A program made the position numbers and the translations under genes. Positions 34,601 through 43,897 of a DNA stretch of 64,000 nucleotides are shown one piece after another (positions within the stretch are counted from its first letter, which is position 1; each line of letters begins with the position of its first letter). The stretch comes from Andalucia godoyi And28 (lineage: Eukaryota > Protista > Jakobida). The notes under the pieces are model-generated. The model did not search any database. It was given only the letters and a program-made list of their open reading frames with translations, and was not told the origin of the DNA. The stretch is taken from the NCBI GenBank assembly GCA_009859145.1, contig VRVR01000003.1, positions 1-64,000 of the forward strand. Reading direction: 5' to 3'.

Positions 34601-35459
34601 GTTGCTCCTCTTCAGCCGCCGTCGAAAATTTCTTCCATGCAAACGGAACCCGGTACGTGGAAGGGTTGGTAATTCTCACGGTCTTCCGAGACTGCAAACC
34701 CACAAACGTCGGATCGACGTTGACAGCCTGCGTACTCACTGTGATGGGAAGCGAAACAGCATTGCCAGTGAGATCGACAGTCGTTTCCGATCCATCGTCG
34801 CAACGCACATTCATTGCTTGGTTATGTTGTGCGACCACAGTCGGGTGAAACTTCACGTCCAACTGAAAGCCGCCATCTGGCTCGATGTACCCTTCGGAGG
34901 GAAAGACGCTGAAGGAGCCCTTGCAGTCAATCGAAAAGTGAGCCGGTCCGTCGCCAAGATTGCGAACAAATATGGGGCGAGAAGAGTCCAGCAACACAGG
35001 AGCACTGTCGAAAGTAATGGATTTGGGAAAGTCCAGCCGTGAACGAGGTCCTGCTGCTTCGATGGATACAGTGAACTTTTCTCTTTCTGTGACGCATTCA
35101 ATCATAGTTTTGAAAATTCTTCGCTGAGGAAAAGTCAATTGCAGTGTATACGTGATTTCCATTCCCGCAGCAATTTTCTGTGAAGCCTTCGAAGGATCTT
35201 TGGGGACAATCTTGAGCCACGAAACAGTAGAGGGAAGAACTCGCAGTTTTCGAGCAATCTTGTCCTTGTTTCTGAATTTCAAAGGGACCTCATAGGTTTC
35301 CAAAGGGTCATACTGATCAACAAGAATGGAACTAGGAATCGGGGCGAATAGTGGCTCATCCACCGGCACAACCGTCGAAGCACCTTCACGCGAAAGGAAG
35401 ACGTCGACAACACGGGGCCGATCCCGACCTTGCGAAAACGAAAAGCTTGATGTCTGCAT
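22647..35459 (-). CDS. HYDIN: Hydin, axonemal central-pair protein (4270 aa, single ORF)
   Basis: Long array of ASH/Ig-like repeats, central P-loop ADK-like region (HGPRLSGKT) and characteristic size. Confidence 0.92.
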   Translation of the reverse strand: MQTSSFSFSQGRDRPRVVDVFLSREGASTVVPVDEPLFAPIPSSILVDQYDPLETYEVPLKFRNKDKIARKLRVLPSTVSWLKIVPKDPSKASQKIAAGMEITYTLQLTFPQRRIFKTMIECVTEREKFTVSIEAAGPRSRLDFPKSITFDSAPVLLDSSRPIFVRNLGDGPAHFSIDCKGSFSVFPSEGYIEPDGGFQLDVKFHPTVVAQHNQAMNVRCDDGSETTVDLTGNAVSLPITVSTQAVNVDPTFVGLQSRKTVRITNPSTYRVPFAWKKFSTAAEEEQHALRSDILSIEQNSLAEFPAVGAANPFVRDLFDDDLFSIVPDHGELWPGTSFDVEVQFHPKSAASYTRFAFLCVGGRPGRIPLQLSGLGVGPKANFTYDSLDVGELFISKPYKFDFILENPGNIDARFQLVPNRSLYGSKFRFCPDSGVVAGGESQTIGVTFNSDVLGEFSESFDWKIEGRADPLVIHVDGVCVGPSFDFDCNSIDFGEVSLSFLVSKRITLSNTSDVSMKVSFRIPSDLLQIKREFDILPPSLTLEPHTCGDVQLDFIPCQKKSYDISLVMDIDGVGKEVHVLPILAKCVVPPISLSRDVIHVPECFINHTYSYVVSIMNESHLSAKYEMSVPRMDPEKPLLNLVVPQLSGIVPAHGCYDANIQFIPRILGDVQVPIYFSVPGAEESAKSVMIRMNVRGPIIESSSSSIDFGKVAVLQEHSKPVSLVNRSPVDAQFSCAVKNSGSPFRVDVTRGVVPAHGTFILHAFVVPDESMAFRDELVIDFEFSDSLHVRLAAVGHGSCLVTNLPENKINFGPQFTNKSLCHTFVLENRGRKAQNVSFAPEKTKSDSSARLFRMEPEFLTVPPGQFVNVGVVGLSKKSGAVEEIIPIKVEADRRWRPVSEVRVVSNFVVPVLQFSSPSAQFSYFHKCEHRESVLSAVVTAKNVTVLPVRCFIEAPVPFSVSPSSFDVGVGESFSVEIRCDPLYRRDLASHDIESRLVVTFQGHPSKEFISLFASLTFPNLQFDKREIRFGCVLQDTDRKIPVLITNSGNIDARFSWTIEVPDGSPPLPSGALDILPIRGYLKPGMSESVDFVFSGTDAAGVSATALCSVDDGPVYDFPLSGEASVISFRLEKNTLDFGEVVFNRTEEKDIMIFNTGKVAFPYSFDLSLCSRVGVIDLSALSGRISPGEKTRVNCRFTAGLPLGLEETILLRVAHLDPVPIIVKGSGTCCRVSLSAPRITTPEFAECVSAIQETIPTRFGRDIPRTATGAPMSGSAMFMMPSRNFEVESEAELRIVTQKLSALLHEFEAKCVQKYGVHSAQEMTENAQILHEISLAQIGIISAVNMARYTVDFGHVFRGGSASVGFRLWNSGNSAVSLSYDRKLFANSGFLLEPEKVAKLPPNEYQDFTVSLNSKVLLTGMNKLSIPFRIRSGLSVMIDLAVNVVEPRMEFSTDKIDFGSVLGGRCKTVVVRFSNSQPLPLHWSLKRIEPPFGSVFDVVPVKGEVAPLGHVDIEFRFMPTEERAYVVKVPVSVYGNDPSANATTSIICRGSGCPPRVHLSTELLPFGSVLPYASSVRSFTMSNPLDVPLEVFSRNFDDQHLVEDDALRAMLFAEPSAYQLLPERAPGQSLDENLVRQFTNQSSDPLTKSDGSSAPDFTVYAIHGPRLSGKTVLSSRIASCTSLPVATMDEILDAALATPSDFQEELKSLLSSADRESTSQFSPELLSSCLSSFISANSFSSGMIIDGIFTKYQISCVSLIQGIVGFSVKENAKLNVLSIDGVNVRKGVLRVLEQNLARAEAQLKSQTVQFVSDDAYDVMSTDQKTAYDLAVSTMKNLKMQIKRLRSEKEAFEVRLHSEADEVWSEPPPRPASPVVDPAAAKKAAKGKKEESVVAPPPPPPKVVHPAEKYGADFVTFSQFDEQYREFCQYLESPESQQVLASHVHVNGAAPLDDALSETMSALKLSDEMSKDASDPVPSPTMSMVCRPEHLRTQSPQASCFSIQNQSGIHYEASNVFSPLLDGKRSRRWIIDAKNSVTIEVAFSPKTPSAFSCVLSFMIVGWNAEFGVSCSGSCDYPRINDEPRNMFYKVVKPKSLEDPKALQAYNLVDNTFDFGPLLTNRKLDGLTSADASLFQSRLRVSNKQSSAQICKVAMLSQQTSSFQVSWNSAELQAEETKELVVSAQPKQIGRCEDVLFLTIENNPEPTSVRFCCTGSSPEVDLSCSELDFGRLLKGTPDRKEFVISNRSLLPSKWKLVVNDVVSSCVSFSPMQGSIPPSGAASVSVSFLGKEPRLISGKVEIYVYDQYADVASSKEVSKKEILVKAETYDVDVECEIPKEGIFDFGVVKVGQEYEQKMSLSNKNTKYEVEFKFSFSKRSLQNVVRIEPLTGILKAGGKEKVPIRVIFKADNEQTFTNMRDIHCEYSDPGTKEHVGKFTLAVSSRAVFSKFTISPPFGLNFGPILFDSSKVRKLDIRNDGHFSFDFAVSENPTFDFSAQVPAVSNVKDSKKASAPAGGQSLSIGPFSVAPALGSLAPGATEAISVTFASREPGAFSRQVYLHVRDRDPNAFPQGLPYMLEAESCIPGINTTDLVSIFEEQQVVHGAESLNELKSVFVSQLRVFSFGTFLVGEDASERFKIANPQKVPVDVNIEIIPSSDVSKDTFFCDSTYLTIPSHESRYVAVSFKPSKLGAFSATFKAVPKGNGSASDLKFEMRGDATLPHISIEKPEPKSGTGYVLDFGRVVASKTMKQSIRVRNHGSVVAHVQALLSGSGYELAGGSSFQLSPSESRSLDVVFASSTEGSFEGALKLQVSKNTFEDNVIKLKAVCYLQNLVIENLPDDRSDAVSLGECPVGCPKKIDFLVRNLSADVVRFEACVLKAEGVKMTPSIGHLLGRSSKSVVLTWSPNASVSLAALQASLKVSFKRIRIVVNPHGSQEDGEDDEDVNDWDDRKVSVSWDRDSSGKTVKFVQPIPEPKFENIDTSSQDVLLPMEGTADVVSCDVDLSDIVFRSTFLFSSRMHKLRIRNTSKIPFSGTTSVTFSDPDTDLSTFSVSPAQFSVDPDQSLELAVSYKPQDMLPHTADVSISIVGLDRASEGCRSVHLVGVPECPIVHFETQFSTDYISTKRLPGLPGPDGVVGPLNPETRVLEIESRGVKVRNVRRFYVLNPTNLSYDFVLVPGVANARAPGVRCLTQYGTIHSGKKFELVFEFIPDSLSVSEAFWSFEIKSHSIAIPLMVVGRAAEPDVLFEKGHVLFRPLLVGRRATEIVQLVNREHLPFAFSFENLDSTSDSNQIVRVSPLSGTVPAEGQTPVELTFAPDVEQSYNINLRCVVKKKPTPLNLNVKGDAYMVKDSLYVIDVDGTTVEVFGGVSNVNSIDFGRIYVGQSVEKRLRIVNSGRYPFDYNFSSSSSKHLSFSPTMGTVPKGETSLVTVAFAPTAEVRLDRFKSVCKVTNGRTYLFELSGWAARPQLRFSFYYFDFGPSFIYHPGATPSSTNLVVYNDDSTDVSFDVLFENSAHLEVKASPTVLKPGQSQVIQISFYPREAKKYRDVVPIEVNGLAASTINLTIEGEGTVPRLELVNAAHQSVSFGSVRVGDSSSRSVGITNKSKIAASIAIDEQALRELGITVQPSQFVCRPSQSVYLNVVFAPQLRVRPFKNLAVPLTMNGQTLPLFSMSGTAQGFEVKLDPSIVSFGPVVERSSSIQKIMIENSGDIGVAFKVARLSPGTDFSLSPVDGFVAPHADGTVEVVFCPSSLSGTHPEERSAKFAVYVEGLSEPLPISCSGTCVVKPPASETIRFSTAVRTPVSKKVTIKNPSKTEWNLRPIIDNDAWKVNVPVVNVAAGQQMQIDVVYHPLSMTSAGALHKGSMFIPCPDGSALLFSFEGEANAPVAEASAAQAVTVPSKSQYVHSLTVKNWLRAPQRFRVVMDLNKHAATSVKCLDYIDVPAGLSRDFKLTIYAFVESTTSGKITFINDETREYCFFNISIQHSPPKPISEIRLETHVRQPSAYALRVDNPLAEDVPLTLSCSSASVFVEGPLVAKSMQETALSLIFMPLLAGNEKDVTLMLKSDKLGAFPYTMHLTAHPAPLEKSYHFEVPLGSTLSQTVRFASFSKNAIDFNVDLQPSDFEAAKTVKAAASPSGKDGIEVSLPVSFTPRSLGPSKAVLRVSHPQGGEYVFTLSGACIAPRPQGPFDVKSGQSVNIPFTNVFKDNAVFNLTIDNPAFIVKPTETVPAGKAAAFAVQYKPSGTATAPVVGKLVVSNDKCPPWVFYVRGLPA

Positions 35460-36000
35460 AATAATCGAATGTAATTTAAGAAGAAAGTTTTGTCACCAAC
35501 CGGAATGAGAGAGGAGAGAAAGAAATAAGAACAAAAAGAATAGAAACATGAGTAGTGCAGACCGGGCGATCGGGAAAAATAAAAGGAAAAATAAAATGGA
35601 CGAGGCCAAAACAGCCAAACACCCACCACGCCTATGTGGATCGATCGAGTAACAAACGCTCAGGAGGCGGGAATCAACGATCAATTGCATGCATATCCTA
35701 GCATCACATACCCAAAAATGTCACCGTGTCATTCCCGGTGTCACAGCAAAAAACAAAAACCAAAACCCGATAGAAAAGAAAAGACACTTAAGGGCATTCT
35801 TTTCATGGAGGGAAAGTCTCAACATTTGAATCACACGAGAAAGCCATAGGTTCACAACACTTCCCCTCCCCTCCTCCCAATCGCATCTTCTTTTTCCCTT
35901 TCTTTTGCAACAAAAAAGAAAAAGGGAAAAAAAAAAGAAGAAAAAAAGGAATCTGACACAAAAATATTACAATCCCAAAGTTTGTTTTTGGCCGACAAGC

Positions 36001-39000
36001 ATGATAGATTTGAGTTGTATTGAAGGATCGCAGATCCAGCAAATTTTGGATGAAACTTCGGAAGACAACATTGCTGAAGTGGAGCATGCTCTGCGAAAGG
36101 TATGCAGTTTTATTTTGTGTTCTCGTTATTTGTTGCTTGTTTTCGCCCCCCTCCTCCCATCTTCCTTTCAATTCTTCTTTTGTGTTGCACAGGACTTGTG
36201 ACAAATAGTGTGCCAGTGCTGACGAAACACTTGTTTTTTACCGACAGATATCTTTTGACGATCCCAAATCGAGACAACGAATCCTGAAGTCGCTTCTCGT
36301 CAGCTTGAGCCACGGGCCGCAGAAAAATGTAGGTGCAAGAACCAGATTGTTCCATCATCTTCTTGTGCCATTGCTTGATCTTCCGTCTAGCGCTTCGATC
36401 ATTTGCGATTTGATTGAGATCGTGTCTTCTCCAACCTACGAGTACTTTGCAAATCTTCTCTTGAAAATCAACCTGATTCCGATTCATAGACTTTTGTTTG
36501 GCATTTCTCTATCCAACCATCCAATCAAAGAAAAGGCTGTTATTGGCGTGCAGATAGTGCGGGATGCTGCGTCCGCTTGCGCGGACAAGGACATTCAGAG
36601 TCTTCCAATGCCATTTCAGCATACCCTGATGCAGATCCGCTCGTCCTTCGGGCTTGCAGTAGACGCTCTTCCTGGTGATTCGTCGCCTCTCATCGCACAG
36701 TTGTTCACGGACAAAACGATGGACGTCGCTACCCAGTTCTTTAACCAATCCTCCGTTTTGCCCGGTCTTTTGCGAGATCTTGGTCCTGAGTGTCTGTCCT
36801 CTAAAGAATCTGCCATTCGGGTGTTCAGTTCGCTGTCGGAAGTGACATCCGCGGAGCTGGCGGAAACTGTGGTATTCATGGCGAACTCCAGCGCCGCTTC
36901 CCCTTCTACTTCTTGGAATATTGACAATTTCATCGAGGCTTTGCGGGATGTGCACCCTGCTGTTGACTGGCACCAAGTGATCCAGAAACTCGATTATCCT
37001 GGTTTTGTGTTGTTCGACGCTAAAGCATTCGCGGTTTTGTTCACAATTCTTCGAAAATCCATTCGGGAATCTCCCTTCCCATCGAAGTATTTTTTGAGAA
37101 AGTGGACGAATGTCGATGGACAGTTGTCGCTTCTCAAGCATGCTGTCCAGATGCCACCGGAGCTGCTGTCCTTTGCTTCTTGCTCGGATAAGAAAGCGAC
37201 GATTGACATTGTTGGCTATCAGTCAAAGAATTTGAAGAACGGGACATGGAATTCGCTCGATCTTATCCGACTTCTTTTAGAAGTAGCCGGAGAAAATCGT
37301 CTTCCGGTAGTGCGCGAGATTTTAGATATCGCAAATCGGCAGTTTCCAGAAATACTTGTTCTTGCCCTTTTCGAGTCGCGGACGCCTCAGTTGCGGTTGA
37401 CACAAGAGTATTCCTCAGCGATACTGCGCAAAGAGATGACGAAACTCGGCCAAAATGCCCCTCTGCTTACTCACTTGTGGAACGTGGATGCTACATTGTT
37501 CGCCCATGTTTTGATCGATTTGTACTACAAAGATCCTCAGATTCTGTTCCGAGTTTTGGACTTGGCACATGAATTGAAAATTCTGGGTTCCCTTTTACCC
37601 GGTAGAGACTTTCGGTTTGTTCTGGACCTTGCAGTGCTGAGTGCACGACGGGAATTCTTGAACTTGCGTGTATTCCTCTCGAAACGCTTGGCAGCAGACA
37701 AGGATGCGTTTGCAGAAGCCATTGTATCCTACCTTTCGGACAAATTGCTGCCTGTCACGGAGCATGAGCAATCGCCATTGCCGAAAACCAATGTTGAACT
37801 TCCTGCGGAGGTCATTCTTATTTTCCTGAACTGTCTTGACGAATCCTCTCGTCTGCTTTCTGAGCCGCTTCAGGTCAGTGTGGTGAAGCTCAAGCAATCA
37901 TTGTTTGTGCACTTCCCACTTTTGCGGGCATCGAAAGACAGTTTGGCGTCGTCAGGAATTTCCGGAAATTCTGAGCCTGTTGCGCATGCCGCGACTGCCA
38001 CTTCGACTGCCACGTCTCCGGAGATAGAAGAGAGGGCGGATGCTCTCTTCCGGAAGGTGTACAGTTCCGAAATTTCTGTGGATGACTTTGCATCCAAGTT
38101 GTCTCAGCTTCAGAAGAGTGCGTCTGCGTTGGATGTGCAGCTTGCGAATTGCATCGTCCATAATCTACTGGAGGAATACCGGTTTTTTGAAGATTACCCA
38201 AAGAACTATTTGAACATCACCGCACAGCTCTATGGAACTATCATTTTGCGCGGACTCATTGCGGATTCGCCACTATCTACTGCGTTGAATTACGTTGTGC
38301 AGTCTCTTCGGAAGAATGGAGACTCCAAGCTGTTCAACTTTGGAACAGTGGCATTGTCGTGTTTTCTGCAACGGATTCCCGAATTTCGTGAATTCAGGGA
38401 CCAGTTGCTGCTAATGCCAGCTCTGATCAATTCCGATCCTCGCTTGAAGGCTGCACTGTCGGCGACCCATGTTGAAAACTCGGAGTCTGTCGATCGAATT
38501 CGGATGGCGGAAAAGCCTACGAAACATGACGGAAGTGCAGATGAGGAAAGCGTCTCAGAGGACGTGCAGAACAAGATCCACTTCATTCTCAACAACATTT
38601 CCCAGACCAACTTCCCGACAAAAGTTGCCGAGCTCCAGCAGGTCGTGTCGAACTCCATTTTGTATTTTGGGCGGTATTTGGTGAACAAGCGTGCTGCTGC
38701 AGAGCCGAATTTCCATTCCTTGTACATCTCCATTTTGGAGTCGATGAAGAAGAAGGAATTGTGGGACATTGTTTTGGCGGCCACTCTTGAAAGAATCAAG
38801 TTTTTCTTGGAATCAAAGAAGGCAACTACCGCGGATCGATCGACCTTGAAGAACTTGGGTTCTTGGCTGGGCGCGATCACGCTGTCAAAAAACAGACCGA
38901 TTCTTCGAAAGCAGCTGGACCTCAAGGAACTTATTTGCGATGCCTTTGACAAAGGAAAACTGATTTCTGTTGTGCCGTTCGTTGCAAAGGTTCTTGAAGG

Positions 39001-42000
39001 ATGCGCTGGTAGCCGCGTGTTCAAACCACACAACCCGTTCACAATGGGCTTGTTGAGCATTCTTGCTGAAATCTACCGTCTACCGGATCTGAAGTTGACG
39101 CTTCGTTTTGAAGTGGAAGTGTTGTGCAAGCATCTCGATGTGAATTTGGCCGCAATACCCGTCAAGAGCATTTTGAGAGACAGAATTCCGGTGGATCGTG
39201 TGTCATCGCCTGATTTTTCCAGCCAGCCTTTGCCTGGCAACGTTCCTGTGGTCGAGGACTCCATGAAGAAGTTCCGAATGTCTCCTTCTATTGGTCCTGT
39301 TCCGGCACCGTACTCATCGCCACAACGGTTGCCTGCTCCTTCTGGAAACCAGCCTCTGAGTGCTGCTGCATCAGCGGCCGCAGCAGCACCATTGCATCAG
39401 CCGGCAGTCAATGAACTCAGCGAGGCAGTGTTGCATAATGTTGTCGTGGATGTCCAGATTTTCCATTTTTTGCAGGATCCACAGCTGAAATCAAAGGTTG
39501 CGAGTGCCTTGCATAAGGCGATAACAGACGTGATTGGCCCGATTGTGGATCGATCTGCTACTATTTCCTGCATCACAACTCGTGATTTGGTGCGCAAGGA
39601 TTTTGCCTTTGACGGTGACGAGGACCGTTTCCGTGCCTGTGCTCAGCTGATGGTCCAGCGATTGACGAGCAGTCTTACGTATGTTACATGCCGAGATCCT
39701 CTTCGAAACACGTTTTTGGGGTCCCTTCGGTCGCTGTTGACATCCGTCCCGCAGAGTCCGGAATCGGAGCATGTCGTGCAACAGTTGGTGGCGGACAACT
39801 TAGAACTTGGTTGCCGCATTATCGAGCGAGCGGCACTTGAACGATGTCTATCAGACTTGGACAAATTCTTGGAGGACTCGTACCGCATGCGACGCGAAGC
39901 GCATGCCAATGGAGTCGCTTTTGTGGATTCCGGTCTTGTCGAGTCTATGAATGCTGTCCTGAGAAATGCGCCTGCCTTCCCGCATATGTTGAAACCAGGG
40001 CCAGGGACGCCGCATGTGATGCAACTTGCTGTTTATGAAGAGTTCCTTAAGTCGCCTCTCCGAGCTGAAGAGAGTATGGGTATGACAGCGCCTGCTGGAC
40101 CTCCTGAGGGAAATGTTGGAGATGATGGTGTTCGTGTTACGCTAAAACGACTGCACTCTATTCTGGAGGAAGTAGAAAAGGTGGTAGCATCCGAAATGCA
40201 GAGGTCGGTTGAACCGCTTCGCACGCTGGTGTCGTTTCCCAGAGATCATCCAATCATTGTGTTGTTGAAAGTGATTCCCAATATTTTATCCGAAGGGAGT
40301 GCTGGACAGGCGGACGCTGCGCTGCTGTTTGCGAAGGAGGTGATGTCAAAAATTCTCGAGGAGCAGAATTTGTTCACGATGGAACTGCAGTTCAACATTC
40401 TTGAAGCCATTCGAGTGGTGCTTCCTGACCTCCCCAACGCGCTGACAGAATGGGTTTGCTCGACGCAGGTGCATCGCATCTTCCGTCGAAGTATCACGTT
40501 CACTCTTCTTCGATCGGGTATTCTGAACGTGAAGCGGATGGATGTGTTGCTTGCGCATTCCATACTTTCGTCCACGGAAAAGGATCCTTCATCCTTGGAA
40601 TTCGCTGTCAATCTTGTTCGAAACTTTGTTATAGAAGACAAGAGTATTCGCGCAGAAGATGTGATGAATGTTCTCGACGCGTTGAGCTCATATGCGGCAA
40701 GCCAGCGAGCCCCCTCTGGAACATCCGACAAGCTGGTTGGTCTTGTGAATATGGCGCGCAGCCTTGTTTCATCCGACACCCCTTCTGCTTCGGATGCGGC
40801 AGATTCTGCACAGGCCGGCCTCTCGGGTCGTCGCTTGCTAAAGCCCCGAGAGCATGATCCTTTCCTCGTTAAGCTCTTTGAGGAGTGGCTTGTCTTGTAC
40901 TCGACATCGCTGTCTGACCAGGCCGTTATTGCATTTCTGGCGAAAGTCGAGAAACTGGGGCTGCTGCGGTCTCCCGCTAGCTTTGGGCAGTTGTTCCGTA
41001 CGTGTGCAGAACTTGCTGTTGATGCCTCCTGCAACCGCTGCTGGACCGTTGCCCAAGCTGACGGAACGCCGGACAACGCCTGTTTTCTTCCGATTGATGC
41101 GTTTTCCGGTTTGCTGTTTTTGATTGGAAAATGGTTCATTAAACCGGAGATGCCCTCTGCAAAGACTCCTCTTGTGAAGACTGTTGTCGACGTCTTTGCA
41201 CATGTATTGGTGGAGGATGCCGGATTCGCGGGATCTCAATTTGACCAGCGCCCGTATGTGCGATTCTTTTTGAATGTCATCAACGAAGTCTGCACCGAAC
41301 CGTCTTTGGAGGGCATCCAAATCCCCTTGTTGCTGACTGTCGCAGAATCTCTTGAATTGATTTCGCCGCTCCGAGTACCGTGCTTTGCATTTTCATGGTT
41401 GCAACTGTTCGCTCACAAAGATCTGATGTCTCGTCTGTTGCGTCGAACACCGAACAGCTCCTTGCAAGGTATTTTGGTGATGAAGACGTTGATGATGTCT
41501 CTGCTACGGTTCATGTATCCCATTTTGTCTTCTTCTCAATTCACGGTTCCTTTCCGCACGTTTTATCGTGGTGTGTTGCGTGTGTTCCTTGTCATTGTTC
41601 ATGATTTTCCAGAGTTTTTGTGCGACTTCCATAATGCATTTTGTGATGTCATTCCAGCCACATGTGTTCAGTTGCAAAACCTTGTGTTGTCTGCCTTCCC
41701 GTCTGCGATGCGCTTGCCAGATCCGTTTACACCAAATTTGAAAGTGGATCTACTCCCCGAGATCCAGCAGTCTCCTCGAGTGCTTCTCGATCCGAGCGAG
41801 TTGCTGCGGGCACGCGCTCATGTTTTCTTTGACCGTCTCCAAGAGTATTTGCAATTGAGACATCGACCATCTTTCTTGCACGAATGTATGGACGTTGTCT
41901 CCGAATCGGGTGCCGATGATTCATTTTTGCACGCTCTTGTGTTATTTTCTGGTATGACAACCATCGAGCAGCTTCAACGGAAGACTCCCTCGGTGTCTAT

Positions 42001-42391
42001 TGTTGACAGTGCTGCAATGGATATTTTCCGCCATCTCATTTTGAACAGTGCACCACGCGGCCGATACCGGATTCTGAATGCCATGGCGAACCAGCTTCGC
42101 TTCCCGAACAATCATACGCATTACTTTTCCTGTGTCATCCTCTTCCTGTTTGCAGAAATCACAGTTGATGGAGAGCATCTACAGGAACAAATCACTCGGG
42201 TTCTGTTTGAGAGGCTCATTGTCAATCGCCCCCATCCTTGGGGTCTGTTGATTACATTCATTGAGCTCGTCAAGAACCCGAGATACGCATTTTGGCAACG
42301 ATCTTTTATCCACTGTGCGCCCGAAATCAATCGATTGTTTGATAACGTCGCAAGGTCCTGCGAAAGTGCATCCATTTCTTCTTCTGCCTGA
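36001..42391 (+). CDS. CNOT1: CCR4-NOT scaffold subunit 1; 2 exons, intron 36100-36247
   Basis: Exon 1 of 33 codons (MIDLSC...ALRK) splices GTATGC...CTGAC...CAG in phase to ISFDDPKS. Motifs GTWNSLDL, EPNFHSLY, LKNLGSWLG, LPDPFTPNLKVDLL, RPHPWGLLITFIEL. Confidence 0.95.
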
Positions 42392-42739
42392 GGAAGGTGG
42401 ATTGCAAGGTTTCTTTGGCGGTGCTGCTGCCGCTGTTGCTGCTGTACATATATATACACATTGTTCTCATATTCTCCTCACCAGTCGGCTGGTTGATGGT
42501 GTGCTTTTTTTTGTAGAAGTTTGCGTATAAAATCCCGTGTTATTTGTAAAGGTTTTGCTTTTAATAATTCATTTAATTAATTATTTAATTATTTATTATT
42601 ATTATCATCATCATTATCATCATCATCATCATTTTTCCTTTTTCTTCTTCTTCTTCTGTTTGTTTGAATGCTTGGTTTTTTTGTTTTAATAATACAAAGA
42701 TGGGCTGCAATAAATAAATACAGGTTGGGAAACTGCCCA

Positions 42740-43051
42740 TTATGATCGCGTGAACTTGTGGAATCGGTCCATTTGAATTTCGTAATCATCGCTCGGATAC
42801 GCATCCAGGATGGACAGTATGCTCATTGGAGGACTCAGTCCCATTCTCTGCGCTCTCTCAAACCGCTCTCTACGTGTCGATCCACTCGTCGGTCCAAACC
42901 GGAGGTTGCAGTCAAACTCGTTCAACAATCGGAGTGCGGCGTCGCGCGATGGATACAGCAACGACGCACCACTCTCCGGTTTAACCTCAATGACATCCTT
43001 TGACGTACTTTCGACAACCGGCTTCTTTTGCCGAAACAGAAGAGTATTCAT
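42740..43051 (-). CDS. POLD4: DNA polymerase delta subunit 4 (p12/Cdm1)
   Basis: LNEFDCNLRFGPTSGSTRRERFERAQRMGLSPP matches the p12 core. Confidence 0.85.
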   Translation of the reverse strand: MNTLLFRQKKPVVESTSKDVIEVKPESGASLLYPSRDAALRLLNEFDCNLRFGPTSGSTRRERFERAQRMGLSPPMSILSILDAYPSDDYEIQMDRFHKFTRS

Positions 43052-43897
43052 CTCGTCTGCTTTCCTTACTGAGCGATGGATGCGTGATGTGAACTGCAGT
43101 TATCGTCACGAATGTATCCTCGCGAATAACAATTAAAAAGTTATTATCATCATCATATTTTGACTCTGAAAAAGTCACAAAATCTGAAGGAAGCGGACAG
43201 CTTTTATTTGTGTGGAATTAAAGAACAGTTGTGTGCGATGTGTCTCCCCGCGACTACGGCAGGCTATGCTAACATCATCCACCGACAGCCTTTTGTTCTC
43301 TCTGTTATTCATTCTGATGGTTTGTGTTTTATGTTATCGAATCCCCAAGCAGCACCTTTCATAGGAGGGGGAAAAAAACATCCCATGGCTCCAGAGAGGG
43401 ATCTTCCCGACAAACTCAAACCGGCCATGCCCCGAAGAGGCCGAGAACCAAGAAACTCGTGGTTATGACGACCGTTTTTTGATGCAGAGCAATCTGCATG
43501 GACGAGTTGGTGCTCACCCCCACATAAATAAAAACAAAAAAACAAGTGGCTTGGATCTTTCTTTGGTAGAAGCTTCGCCGATGATCAATACCGATTCGCG
43601 TTTTGGCAAGCGGACGCAATTAAGTGTCAGCCCCCCTCATCTCCAGTGCCATCGCTGTGGAGTGCAGACTAGCAAATATGGGATAAATGCCAGCGGCAAA
43701 GCCAGTTTTGCAGGAATGATCGGCGTGCAGAAGAAAAACAGACCAGCCTTGGTATGTAACAAAAAGGGCACCAACGAACAATTTTATATCGAAAAGTTAC
43801 GAAACCAAAATTACAAAAACGCAGCGGTGGTGTCCTGCTTCCTTTCAGAGAAATCCCCAAGTTTTTAAACAAAACTTGAAAAAAACACGCGGGGTTC

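Noticed and set aside
43438-43447. TTCTCGGCCT on the minus strand resembling the U2 snRNA 5' end
   Set aside because: No following stem I, no GUAGUA branch-pairing region and no Sm site.
43848-43897. GAAATCCCC and ACACGCGGGGTTC resembling RNase MRP CR-I and CR-V
   Set aside because: Only about 40 nt apart, far too close for the MRP core; lies in the countin 3' UTR hairpin.
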